From: a virus
Strand: one strand, 5' to 3'
Length of the DNA: 64,000 bases
IMG/VR virus record: IMGVR_UViG_3300037475_000079
Span: 1-64,000 of that record
The position numbers and the translations under genes are program-made. Shown piece after piece: positions 33,307 through 42,389 of the stretch (position 1 is the first letter of the stretch; every line of letters starts with the position of its first letter). The notes under the pieces are model-generated. The model did not search any database. It had not been told where the DNA came from and saw nothing but the letters and a program-made list of their open reading frames with translations.

Positions 33307-33782
33307 ACCTGCGGACCCTTCGGCATCTCGGCCCAGTGGGTGGGATTCAGTTTGGTTTTGTCATCGAGACAGAACCCGTATCCATTCACGAACAGCGATT
33401 CCATTACTCTCGCACCTATTTTTGCAAGTATTCTCCTCGCAGGCACAGCGCAGACAATATCATGAACTGGAAGATAAGCCGGCATGTCAAGATACGCCAA
33501 TGTGGAATTATTCGGCTCCGGCAACCGCTCCTCAACAGAAATCCATCGAATCGTCTCTTCCAGCGAACTTCGAATATGAATTTTAATCGGTGGACCGGGG
33601 GCAATGTATGTCTCGATACTCTCGCTAGGCATTAGCGCATCTTCGAACCGGTAGCAGGCATTCTCATTGAATACGAACAGCGAACGACTGCGTTTGCAGT
33701 CTGTAGAAAAAACCTTCCCCACAAACGGCAACCCAGCCAGCATAGAAGTCAGACCGGAAAAGAAACTGCGTCGGTTTAACAT
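33303..33782 (-). CDS. hypothetical protein with Tat-like signal and DUF551-like C-terminus
   Basis: N-terminal 'NRRSFFSGLTSMLAGLPFVG', then 'WISVEERLPE' and 'THWAEMPKGP'. Confidence 0.45.
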   Translation of the reverse strand: MLNRRSFFSGLTSMLAGLPFVGKVFSTDCKRSRSLFVFNENACYRFEDALMPSESIETYIAPGPPIKIHIRSSLEETIRWISVEERLPEPNNSTLAYLDMPAYLPVHDIVCAVPARRILAKIGARVMESLFVNGYGFCLDDKTKLNPTHWAEMPKGPQV

Positions 33783-33802
33783 GATTTCCCCATATCAAAG
33801 TG

Positions 33803-34207
33803 TTACGGCAGCACAATCCCCGATGGCTGGTCCCCGCTCTCCTGCGACTCATCCTGAATCCGTGCAGCAGCCATTTCAGCCTGCATGCGCACGGCCTCGC
33901 GCCCGACGGCTGCATAAAACTCGCGGGCCTTATTCAGACACTCTTCGCCGGTCATCTGGCATTTCGTCTCGACGAATAGATCGTGCGCCAGTTGAGTAAC
34001 CGGATCGAGTCCGCCGACCGCGATGAGCTTCAGCTTGTTTCCAATGACGACGCTTGCCGAAACAGGCACCGCCATCGGGGCGTGAACGTGCTCATAATCA
34101 AATTCAAGCTCGATGTTCTGCCGCTGCGCGAGTGCCTTGGCGATGTCGGCCGGCGTCATGTTACCGAGCCCGTTACTCCGATGATCCCTGTGATTCCGAG
34201 TCCCCAT
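33803..34207 (-). CDS. hypothetical protein
   Basis: 134-aa ORF. Confidence 0.45.
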   Translation of the reverse strand: MGTRNHRDHRSNGLGNMTPADIAKALAQRQNIELEFDYEHVHAPMAVPVSASVVIGNKLKLIAVGGLDPVTQLAHDLFVETKCQMTGEECLNKAREFYAAVGREAVRMQAEMAAARIQDESQESGDQPSGIVLP

Positions 34208-34225
34208 TGTGTCTCCCCAAAAGAG

Positions 34226-34402
34226 TTACTTCCCCTGAACGGCTTCCTTCCCCTTCTCGACTGCGGCGTCTACTTCAGCGAGAGCGTCGTTTTGCTCTGT
34301 GCCGAACGTAGCACATTCGACCTGCACATCAGCCAACAGTCTTGCAGGAACTCCATCCTGAATGTTGATGACGGTTCCTGCCTTGAGCGTAAGTGTTTTC
34401 AT
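34226..34402 (-). CDS. hypothetical small protein
   Basis: Start taken at MKTLTLKAG, just after the portal stop. Confidence 0.4.
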   Translation of the reverse strand: MKTLTLKAGTVINIQDGVPARLLADVQVECATFGTEQNDALAEVDAAVEKGKEAVQGK

Positions 34403-34407
34403 AATTA

Positions 34408-36759
34408 TTACTCCGATAATAGACTGCAACGGCAGTTGATCCTCTGGGAAGCCGACAAATCGGGATCTCCCGGATATTTTGCCTTTTCCCCGCCGACAGT
34501 GAAGTTCCCTTCCGCGTCCGACTTCTGGCCGTTCGCATTCCAGTGCGATTGTCTGGCGTGCTCATCCATCGTGGTCAGCCATTCAGAACCAGTGGCAATC
34601 CCCTCTTCGATCATGTCCTGAATCTCGGAGAACTGGCCGGCGTTCAATGCCATCGTGCTCTCTGATCTGGCAATCATCAGCGATCTCGCGCCAGCAGAAC
34701 GGCCACCCAACGCCTGATCGACTCGGAACACACGTTCCCGCAGTGTGTCGCCTTCCTCGAAGGAAATACGCAGGCAGTTGCTCAGGTCATCGAGCATCGT
34801 ATCGTTGATGCCGGACCAGTACGGTTTCTTCAGTGCCTCATCGAGCGTGCGCTTCATGGCAGCCACGACGCCGGCCGGAAGTCGCATCGTCGGATCGGCG
34901 TCATCCTTCCTGAATGACTTCAGTTTGTGCCGAGCTAATTCGGCACCGGCAACCCCACATCGCAGCAAGTGTGGATAGGCCATCTTGCGTAACGGCGCAT
35001 CCCAGTCTCGTGGATTGAACACCGCGGCAGCATCGAAGGCGTCGGCCTGCTGGTCCATCTTGGCGACGATTGACGCCACCTGTGCCTTGATGAACTTATG
35101 CACGTCTCTGGCGAACGGCTTCTCGTTGTTCGAATGCAGTTTAAGCCATGACGTCTCGAAGTCCTTCGTCGTGTCTGACGTAATCAGCAGTTGCTTCGCG
35201 GTATCAGATTCGGAATTCGATTGTTGCTGCGTGGTTGGATCTGGCGGCAGGTATTCTTCCCGAACTTCCAAGGCAGTGGCAGCTTCGTCGTCGATCGGTT
35301 CGAGGATCTGCATGGCCGTCGTGATTCGGACTTTCCCCATCCCATTCGGCATCGGAGGAAATCCGAGAGACGAGCGCAGTTCATCGACAACCAGGCCGGC
35401 ATTACCGCACAGCAGTTCCAGGTCTTTGCGGAGACCGTCCTTGTCGGAAGAAACGGCTTCCTCGATCCACATGACCGTATGGCCGGTCTTTTTCTTATCG
35501 AACAATGGCAGGAGCCGGTCGTTCATGATCGTCGAGAGGAAATTGATCTCGGGATTGGCGATGTTCGAAGTGAACACCTCATCTGCCACGAGTGCCGTGG
35601 CGCGATTGGCGTCCGTGATGTCCCCGCCGACGACCGCAGGCGTGCCGTAGTTCCGCCAGATGGCCTGGCGGTTGTAGGTTCCCGATTCGGTGAAGTCCAT
35701 TTCGTTGGCGGTGTTCGAAATCTTCTTGATGTCCGAAATTGCTCGATCGAGGATGATTGCCCGACCGTGCTTCGAAGCCCCTTGGAACAGGTGCTGAAGC
35801 CGTGTCATCATTTGCGTGATCTGGAATCTGTCGAGCTGGGCCTTGCCAAGATTCTTGCCGTTCGGGTCGATGATGTCCCCGGTGATGACCGCTAACCAAG
35901 GCAGAATCGAGTTCTCGAAGAACTGTCGCTGACTCAAACGGATTGACTCATCAACCTGCACGGCCAGTACGCCGGCTCGCGTCGGCGAATGCGGCACGAA
36001 GATATTCGCCGGGTCGGGATGGCAGAAGAAGATCACCCGATCGGCCGGAAGATCGACGCCTTCCATCTGGTTGAACGGAGGCGCGAGCACATACCCCGCG
36101 TCCAGCATGGCATTTCTCGGCTTCTCGCGGATCCAGTGCGAGGGGAGATACCACAAGTCGTACGGGCGATCTCCGGTGTGAGAGTCGGTCAGCCACCAGA
36201 AGCAGCGGCCGGTCATATCCAGGCTGGCGACGGTGCTTTCCAGGAGCGTGTGCTGCGTCAACCGGGGAATCGGCTGCGACAGCAAGTCCAAGACCGGATG
36301 GTTCTCCAGGATCTCGACTCGGGCCGCTTCTGAATGAAAGCTCTTGTGCAGCTTGATCCGGGTTCCGAGGTTCTCATGAAACGGCAGTCCGATTCGAGAG
36401 CAAATCCACTTCGGGAGAACGGCAGTCTCTTCCGGTTGAAGCTCCCGGCGCCCCGGAGTCTTGAACGGGTTCGAGAATCCCTTACGCTTGCCTGATTCTT
36501 CCCGAGCGGACACAACTTCCGCCACATGAATCGGCTGGCCGGCGATGCGCTGCCTTTTGGGGCGCATGGCGGCGTAGGCTTCTCCCGTGTTGTGGGAGTA
36601 GGAGTTTTGCGACTGAAACTGTTCGGGATCGGCCTGTTGAGGATACTGGCTTTCGTTCAGCGAATTGAAGATGCGTCCGGCATCGTTCGATCCGCGACGC
36701 CGCTTCAGTTCACGATCCTTGTCCGCCCACGAGCGGATTTCGGCAAGAGCAGACGACAT
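34408..36759 (-). CDS. portal protein fused to a MuF/SPP1 gp7-like head morphogenesis domain
   Basis: 783 aa, downstream of terL. The C-terminus 'TTMDEHARQSHWNANGQ....YPGDPDLSASQRINCRCSLL' matches the MuF signature. GAGGA RBS. Confidence 0.7.
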   Translation of the reverse strand: MSSALAEIRSWADKDRELKRRRGSNDAGRIFNSLNESQYPQQADPEQFQSQNSYSHNTGEAYAAMRPKRQRIAGQPIHVAEVVSAREESGKRKGFSNPFKTPGRRELQPEETAVLPKWICSRIGLPFHENLGTRIKLHKSFHSEAARVEILENHPVLDLLSQPIPRLTQHTLLESTVASLDMTGRCFWWLTDSHTGDRPYDLWYLPSHWIREKPRNAMLDAGYVLAPPFNQMEGVDLPADRVIFFCHPDPANIFVPHSPTRAGVLAVQVDESIRLSQRQFFENSILPWLAVITGDIIDPNGKNLGKAQLDRFQITQMMTRLQHLFQGASKHGRAIILDRAISDIKKISNTANEMDFTESGTYNRQAIWRNYGTPAVVGGDITDANRATALVADEVFTSNIANPEINFLSTIMNDRLLPLFDKKKTGHTVMWIEEAVSSDKDGLRKDLELLCGNAGLVVDELRSSLGFPPMPNGMGKVRITTAMQILEPIDDEAATALEVREEYLPPDPTTQQQSNSESDTAKQLLITSDTTKDFETSWLKLHSNNEKPFARDVHKFIKAQVASIVAKMDQQADAFDAAAVFNPRDWDAPLRKMAYPHLLRCGVAGAELARHKLKSFRKDDADPTMRLPAGVVAAMKRTLDEALKKPYWSGINDTMLDDLSNCLRISFEEGDTLRERVFRVDQALGGRSAGARSLMIARSESTMALNAGQFSEIQDMIEEGIATGSEWLTTMDEHARQSHWNANGQKSDAEGNFTVGGEKAKYPGDPDLSASQRINCRCSLLSE

Positions 36760-36905
36760 GGAATGCGTCCTCGCAATTCCGGGTCATAGTTGATGGTCCC
36801 CATGTCGTTCGTTCTTTCGTTAATTGAAAGTTCCGTATCATCAGGCCAGACGTATGACTCAACCGTATCGCCGTTGCTGAAAGTAACATGCGATTCGATT
36901 GACAT
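36705..36905 (-). CDS. hypothetical small protein (overlaps the portal start)
   Basis: GGGGGA RBS. The last ~20 aa look compositionally poor. Confidence 0.3.
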   Translation of the reverse strand: MSIESHVTFSNGDTVESYVWPDDTELSINERTNDMGTINYDPELRGRIPCRLLLPKSARGRTRIVN

Positions 36906-36906
36906 A

Positions 36907-37425
36907 CTATTCCCCCATCATCCTCTGCTGCCAGTTCACCGCTGGATCTTTTGCACCGACGATGCGCTCGTTGTAAACCGCGATCTCCGCCTTCTCGCGC
37001 GTCAGGTTCTTCTCGTGCAGGGCCGCGAGCAGCTTGTTCTCATCTTCCAGGACGTCGATGCGATTCTTCAGACGTGGAATGTCTGTATCTTCGAGCCGAC
37101 TTACCTCCCGAGCCTTGGTAGCCAGACGTCCTTCGAGTTCCTTGATCTGATTATCCTTGGCGGTCAGTTTCAACGCAATGTCAGCAACCTGCTTGGCGGC
37201 GTCACGCTTAGACTTGACGGCCTCTAACCGGGCGTCACGGATGGCTTGTGATTCCTGGCGACGGCGGATGAGCTTGCGGAGAGCGGTCCAGGTGCGAAGG
37301 AAGATGCCGGGTGTAACATCGACGACGCGGACATTGACGGCACACTCACCAATTAGTGGACGGCGAGTCTCGTGGCCGTTTGTTGAGGGCGGTTCAAGTT
37401 CAGGCCATTCGTGCCTTTTCACCAT
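36907..37425 (-). CDS. coiled-coil protein
   Basis: Start taken at MVKRHEW. Long heptad-like region 'AKQVADIALKLTAKDNQIKELEGRLATKAREVSRLED'. Confidence 0.45.
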   Translation of the reverse strand: MVKRHEWPELEPPSTNGHETRRPLIGECAVNVRVVDVTPGIFLRTWTALRKLIRRRQESQAIRDARLEAVKSKRDAAKQVADIALKLTAKDNQIKELEGRLATKAREVSRLEDTDIPRLKNRIDVLEDENKLLAALHEKNLTREKAEIAVYNERIVGAKDPAVNWQQRMMGE

Positions 37426-39182
37426 TCCATTTTCCCATTCTCTTCCAACGCCATCGACATGACAGCGGTATCCAGATTGACGGCTTTCTCGACGGGGATC
37501 CTCTTGCGGCCAGAGCACTTCGGACACATCCGATTCTTCCCGTCGCATTCGTCACACGGGATTGTACGCATCTTCGGATCGTCCTGAAAAGGCTGATCTG
37601 GTTCGGAGAAGCCTTCGTCGTCCTCATTTCGCGGCTTTTCAGGCACGCCGTGTTCGATGTCGTACAGTCGCTTTTCCATGCTGTCCAGGGTATACATCAA
37701 CTCACGATCGGTGAACGGATTGACGGGAACGATCGAGGCTAATTCGACGGCAGCCGGGAGCGCAATAGCGAACGCAAACGCCCTGTCAGCATGGCCCGAC
37801 TGATCCTCCGACGCCTCGATCTTGAACCCGAAGGCACGCTCCACGATGTTCAACTTCGTCAGGTCGCTGATGAGTTCTTCGTCCCGGTAAAGCTCGATGT
37901 ACCGCCCCTTAAAGGCTTCGATGATGGTCGTGGCCATCACAGACAGCCCCTTGCCGCTGAACGACATTTCCTCGCAGTAGATTCCCACGCTCTGAAGCTG
38001 CTGCGCCATGAGCACGGCCTGTGCCTGGTCATACATCAGCTTTGTCAGCCGAAAAGCCCTGTGTTGCCGCTCGATGTCCACCTGGATCGCCTGAAGGTCC
38101 ACCTTCCCGGTGTATTCATCCGGCTTCCAACTGCGGGCATAAGCCAGCTTGACGCGATGCTCGTCAGGCTGTACTGCCAGCATCACAAACGCCGACCGAT
38201 GCCGCTTCGTAGACAAGTCCAGCCCGCCGATGTAAACCCACCCCGGCTCCGGTGCGAAGATCGGCCGGACATTCCGCTCGATACCCATCACAACGCAGGC
38301 TTCGATATCGGACAACTCCAGAGCATCGCCTGTTTCAACCTGCCAGATATTGAGCCAGAGACGGGCAAAGGCCTTCTTCGTGAGCCCTTTACCCTGCCGC
38401 TTCAGGAAGTCAGTTCCCATCCACGAGGCACACGGACCATTCAGATTTCGGTAGATCCAGTCATGACTATCCGCGATCGCCATATCCCTGACCTGCGCCT
38501 GCCACGTCCTCTCGTAGCCGGCGTTTGTCATGATGACGAGAATGCAATGCGGCACCTTGTCAGCCGACGAAAATAACGAGTCCCAAAGCTCGCATTTTCC
38601 GTCTTCCGAACGCCAATGCGTCAACTCGTCGCACAGAATGAAATCGGGAGTGGCGCCGAACGACGAGGGAGCATCCGACGAAATGATGTCTACTTCTGAC
38701 TTCGTTTTCGGATTGAACACCCGATAATTCTGGACGTTGATGATGTTAAGGCCAGTCTTGCCCAGCCACGGATTGAGCAGAATGATCCTCAACACGGCGT
38801 CCCGGATGAACTTCGCCTGATCTTTCGCCCCGGCAGCGGCAATTCCATTCAAAGGCTTCGTGGAAAAAGCAATCACCCACACCAACTGCATCGCCTCATC
38901 CATCGTCTTCGAATGTCCACGCGCACGACCCAGCCACGCAAACTTTCGCAACTCCGGGTTCTCCATCGGCACGCCAGCCACACGCATCCACATCGGATCC
39001 AATGCCGCTAAATTCTCTTCCTGCCAGGGATCTGGACTGAATAGCCCCACCCCATTCCCCTTGCGGATGAACAGCGAAGCCCGAAATGCAGCCGGAGACC
39101 TCTTAAACCGACGAATGTCATCCGGCGTAATCGCCGCCAAAACCTTGCGTGACGGAACAGTCGGTCGTCCAGCCTTTGCCAC
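37419..39182 (-). CDS. terL: terminase large subunit
   Basis: Walker A-like 'GRARGHSKT', Walker B 'FILCDELTHW', nuclease 'GGLDLSTKRH' and 'GHADRAFAFAIA'. C-terminal CxxC..CxxC tail. Confidence 0.85.
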   Translation of the reverse strand: MAKAGRPTVPSRKVLAAITPDDIRRFKRSPAAFRASLFIRKGNGVGLFSPDPWQEENLAALDPMWMRVAGVPMENPELRKFAWLGRARGHSKTMDEAMQLVWVIAFSTKPLNGIAAAGAKDQAKFIRDAVLRIILLNPWLGKTGLNIINVQNYRVFNPKTKSEVDIISSDAPSSFGATPDFILCDELTHWRSEDGKCELWDSLFSSADKVPHCILVIMTNAGYERTWQAQVRDMAIADSHDWIYRNLNGPCASWMGTDFLKRQGKGLTKKAFARLWLNIWQVETGDALELSDIEACVVMGIERNVRPIFAPEPGWVYIGGLDLSTKRHRSAFVMLAVQPDEHRVKLAYARSWKPDEYTGKVDLQAIQVDIERQHRAFRLTKLMYDQAQAVLMAQQLQSVGIYCEEMSFSGKGLSVMATTIIEAFKGRYIELYRDEELISDLTKLNIVERAFGFKIEASEDQSGHADRAFAFAIALPAAVELASIVPVNPFTDRELMYTLDSMEKRLYDIEHGVPEKPRNEDDEGFSEPDQPFQDDPKMRTIPCDECDGKNRMCPKCSGRKRIPVEKAVNLDTAVMSMALEENGKMEW

Positions 39183-39775
39183 TACACCGACTCCTCTTCC
39201 CGCGGTGGCGTAATAATGATCCCGGCGTTTCTGTAATCCTCCGTAGGATCCTCGCTGAATGCCGCAGAAAACACATCCATCTCGTTCTTGTCGATACCCA
39301 GCATCAGAATCAGCTTGTCCCGCTTTTCAACGGCTTTCAGCAACCCTCTCAACGCCAAGTCCATCGCCGCCAACGAAAGCGGCGCCTTCTCCCCATCCTC
39401 CATCCCGTACTGGCTAATCACCCGCTCATAAAGCAAAGCCGCCCGCTCCGACCTCACAATCGACTGCAACATCGCCGCATGAGACAGCGACACGCTACCA
39501 CGAGACTCTAAAATCGCATCGAACAACTGATTCTTCAGCTTCACCAGCTTCCGAGCAATGTACTTGCAGCCCACCGGAAGGCCGCTATGCGTACAAGAAT
39601 CAACCCCGCTCTTTCTCCGAACACCAGACTCCGATAACCCGTTCCGCAGCCTCTTCTTGATCGAATACTCTCGTGGTGACGAATCTGGAACAGGAACGTC
39701 CCGACGCTCCCACTTCCCTCGCTCCAACCCCACAGGAGCCGCGCCAGCAACGGATTCGACAGGTATCACAGACAT
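39182..39775 (-). CDS. putative terminase small subunit (call by position only)
   Basis: The stop overlaps the terL ATG. No motif recognised. Confidence 0.35.
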   Translation of the reverse strand: MSVIPVESVAGAAPVGLERGKWERRDVPVPDSSPREYSIKKRLRNGLSESGVRRKSGVDSCTHSGLPVGCKYIARKLVKLKNQLFDAILESRGSVSLSHAAMLQSIVRSERAALLYERVISQYGMEDGEKAPLSLAAMDLALRGLLKAVEKRDKLILMLGIDKNEMDVFSAAFSEDPTEDYRNAGIIITPPREEESV

Positions 39776-40223
39776 CAAACCCGTTTCACAAAACTGGGGA
39801 AAAATTTGAGGCGGAATCACACACCGAAACCCGATTCAGTTTTACGGGAAATTCCGTGCGATGGGTGAGCATGATTCTGGGTAAGCGGCGTAAAATGGAC
39901 TTTGTTTGCAAGCTAACGAATAGCGCTCATTATCGTGCGCTTTGCCCTATTGTCAAGCGCAGTCGAATTGAGCCAGTCATCAGTTTTCGGATTAAACGCC
40001 TCGTCATTTGCCGTAACTCCATACGCTGTAACGGTTCATTATAGCATTGACTATGCTATCTAGTCGTTAGGCCTGGAAATCGACCAGGAATGAGTTAATA
40101 ACTTATTCGTATAGTTGTTATTACACCACACTATTCGCTCCTCTTATACTGCTCCATATTCCTCACTACGCATCGCAAGACAGTCGTATCATAACACCAA
40201 TGCGCATAGCACGTTGCGTCAAT

Positions 40224-40979
40224 CTAACCTGACGTATCGTATGCCAATACAGGCTTGGCGCGTACAACAGTGTAGACTGCTCGGCCATTGTCAGGCGAAT
40301 TATCCTTATGTACGCCATTGGTGACGTTAGGATAACTCCCTGCCGCACTGGCCTTGACCTGCGCCCATTGAATCGACCTTGCCAGGACAAGCAAGCCTAG
40401 AACCGTGGGAGCATCGCAGCGAAGCGTCAAGCGTGAGCCTTGATGATTGTGTGGTATTCCCTGCCGATCGGCTGCCAGGGCGAGAGAATCGGCCGATACC
40501 TTTGACTTAGCCAGGATTATGCAGCCGTGATTCGTACGACGTTTCCCGATTGACCACGGGCGACAAGCTGACCACGGAGACTTACCGTAGGTGATTTCCC
40601 CGATGATCCGCTGAAGTAGCTTAGCCAGGGCGAGGCCAGCGAATGACTTCGATTCTTTCCCGAGCGGCTTGGCGCTGAAGATGTGATATTGGCCGTTTGC
40701 GGTCAGTCGAAAGTATCGGGCGCCTTTGAGCTGGCGATAGGCTCGGCGCCAAGCCAGGTCAGTCGCTTCGATTGCCAGGTAGTGCAGTTTCCGATTGTCG
40801 GCTGCGATTCTCTGGCAGTGGCGCAGTAGTTCGGGTCGCAGGCCTGTTTCAGTGCAATGCGGACATGACCAGCAATTGCAGTCTACTCGTGAATGGGCGA
40901 TTCTGCCTGATTCACGATGCTGAAACGTGAGATAATGACCGCAAAAACCGCGTCTTTTCGGTGTTGAATTCATTAGCAA
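40224..40979 (-). CDS. hypothetical protein with CxCWxCxxC motif (possible replication initiator)
   Basis: 'VDCNCWSCPHC' near the N-terminus. Last gene of the leftward early operon. Confidence 0.3.
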   Translation of the reverse strand: MLMNSTPKRRGFCGHYLTFQHRESGRIAHSRVDCNCWSCPHCTETGLRPELLRHCQRIAADNRKLHYLAIEATDLAWRRAYRQLKGARYFRLTANGQYHIFSAKPLGKESKSFAGLALAKLLQRIIGEITYGKSPWSACRPWSIGKRRTNHGCIILAKSKVSADSLALAADRQGIPHNHQGSRLTLRCDAPTVLGLLVLARSIQWAQVKASAAGSYPNVTNGVHKDNSPDNGRAVYTVVRAKPVLAYDTSG

Positions 40980-41042
40980 GCCTTTCGACCGTCGTGGTCA
41001 AATGGCCGGCGTTCCCCGAACGATTCCCCATACTACGCTGGC

Positions 41043-41075
41043 AAAAAAGAAAACCCGCAAGAATCGGTTGCGGTC
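41043..41075 (-). terminator. rho-independent terminator
   Basis: The minus strand reads CCGCAA-ccgattc-TTGCGG followed by GTTTTCTTTTTT. Confidence 0.5.
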
Positions 41076-41159
41076 GATTCAAACGGGTTTCCAGAATCCG
41101 TATTGGGTATGACGCCGCAACACGCCAGCTTGAATCCTACGATTGCGGCACATATTCCG

Positions 41160-41495
41160 TCAAGCCTGATTTCCCCCCGTTGCCTTGGCGATTGCGTCCC
41201 GGATCCGCGAGGGAACGGCTATTGGTCCGGCTGGGCAACCGTCGCGCTGGCAATGTGCAATCAATTCGGCCGCCAGGTGGAGCGCTTCCAACATATCCGG
41301 TGCCGCGGCAATCAGGCGTGCGTTGGCCTCGCGCTGGTGTCGAAATTTGCCTTCCGCAGATTGCATGTAATCGCAAATTGCAATTTGATCGCTTTGCGAG
41401 AATCCGCCGCGAGGGTCTTCTATCCCGCTATAGACATTAGTTCCAACAAAATGCCACGGTCCAGGCGTGTGCTTAACTTCGCTTGTCGTATCCAT
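41160..41495 (-). CDS. hypothetical protein, 'GPW...ANARLIAAAPDM' family (paralogue 1 of 3)
   Basis: 'HTPGPWHF' and 'EANARLIAAAPDMLEAL'. GAGGGG RBS. Confidence 0.5.
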   Translation of the reverse strand: MDTTSEVKHTPGPWHFVGTNVYSGIEDPRGGFSQSDQIAICDYMQSAEGKFRHQREANARLIAAAPDMLEALHLAAELIAHCQRDGCPAGPIAVPSRIRDAIAKATGGNQA

Positions 41496-41572
41496 GTTCA
41501 TCCCCTCAAATCGTTGTGAATTCGGCAATGGTAATGTACGTCCAGCATCGTTTGCGTCGTTCCTGATCAATC

Positions 41573-41776
41573 CTAGGCGGTCGAAATCGTCTCTGGCTGG
41601 CCATTCTCTGGTGTTTTCTCCTTCCATCGTGCATTCGCGGCCAGTCTTGCCAGCTCCCGCCGTTGCCGAGCCGTCATTCCTCGCATTCGCGCTTTCCCGG
41701 CTTTTCGGCTTTGCTTGCGGCGCTTTTCTGCCGGGATCTTCGACCAGCGGAGTTTAGCCATTTCGCTCGCGGTCAT
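41573..41776 (-). CDS. small basic protein
   Basis: 67 aa, Arg/Lys-rich, with two 'ARW/LRW' repeats. Confidence 0.4.
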   Translation of the reverse strand: MTASEMAKLRWSKIPAEKRRKQSRKAGKARMRGMTARQRRELARLAANARWKEKTPENGQPETISTA

Positions 41777-41979
41777 GAGAATTCCCTTTCCAGTCGCGCG
41801 ACTTCTCTGGCGACAATCGGCCGAACGAATTCAGACCGTCGATTTTCCAACAGTCGCCAAGCGTCAGTTTCCGTCAGCCTATGACCTGCGATGCGTTCGG
41901 CAAGCTGGATAGCCTTGCGCACTTCACGCTTTGGCTGGCCTTCGCGCTTCAGAATGTTCAATGCTTCTGATTCGGTCAT
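41773..41979 (-). CDS. hypothetical small protein
   Basis: Start at MTESEAL overlaps the upstream stop (ATGA). Confidence 0.4.
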   Translation of the reverse strand: MTESEALNILKREGQPKREVRKAIQLAERIAGHRLTETDAWRLLENRRSEFVRPIVAREVARLEREFS

Positions 41980-42161
41980 TTGACGGCGCTCGATTCGTCG
42001 GCTGGCCGGCGGAACCATTCGGCAGCAGTATGCAGATCAGTCGTCGTAGTGACTTTGCGCACTATCCCGCGACACTTGCAGCCGGAGAACGTGCATTTTT
42101 CTCGGTCATAATCTTGCGTAGTGGATGACCAGCGGGCGCCGCCAGGACACTGGAACAGCAT
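41976..42161 (-). CDS. hypothetical small Cys-containing protein
   Basis: 61-aa ORF. Confidence 0.35.
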   Translation of the reverse strand: MLFQCPGGARWSSTTQDYDREKCTFSGCKCRGIVRKVTTTTDLHTAAEWFRRPADESSAVK

Positions 42162-42171
42162 CCATTTCGTT

Positions 42172-42282
42172 TCACGGTTCGCGCTTCGATTGCTCTCTGT
42201 TGGCGACTTCCTGCCAATATGCCGGCAAGTAAAGCGCCGGCTCGATTTGATCCCAGTTTGGGCACACGGTTTGATTTAACAT
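42172..42282 (-). CDS. possible 36-aa protein, first gene of the leftward early operon
   Basis: MLNQTVCPNWDQIEPALYLPAYWQEVANREQSKREP*. GGGAA lies upstream. Confidence 0.25.
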   Translation of the reverse strand: MLNQTVCPNWDQIEPALYLPAYWQEVANREQSKREP

Positions 42283-42306
42283 GATCTATTCCCTTGCGTT
42301 GAATTG

Positions 42307-42383
42307 CTAGTGGTCCTAGCACTCGATAACCTTACCAGTGTATGAGAATTCGCATTGACTTATAGGACCACTAGGAGTAATAT
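42307..42383 (+). promoter_or_regulatory. early promoter flanked by 12-bp inverted operator repeats
   Basis: CTAGTGGTCCTA (42307-42318) and TAGGACCACTAG (42363-42374). TTGACT (42355-42360), 17 nt, TAATAT (42378-42383), then 6 nt to the ATG. Confidence 0.55.
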
Positions 42384-42389
42384 ATCCTC

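Noticed and set aside
34985-35895. + strand ORFs of 221 and 234 aa
   Set aside because: Antisense to the portal gene.
37791-38576. 261-aa + strand ORF
   Set aside because: Antisense to terL.
42062-42322. 86-aa minus-strand ORF
   Set aside because: Composition is not protein-like, and it overlaps better small ORFs (42172-42282 and 41976-42161) in other frames.
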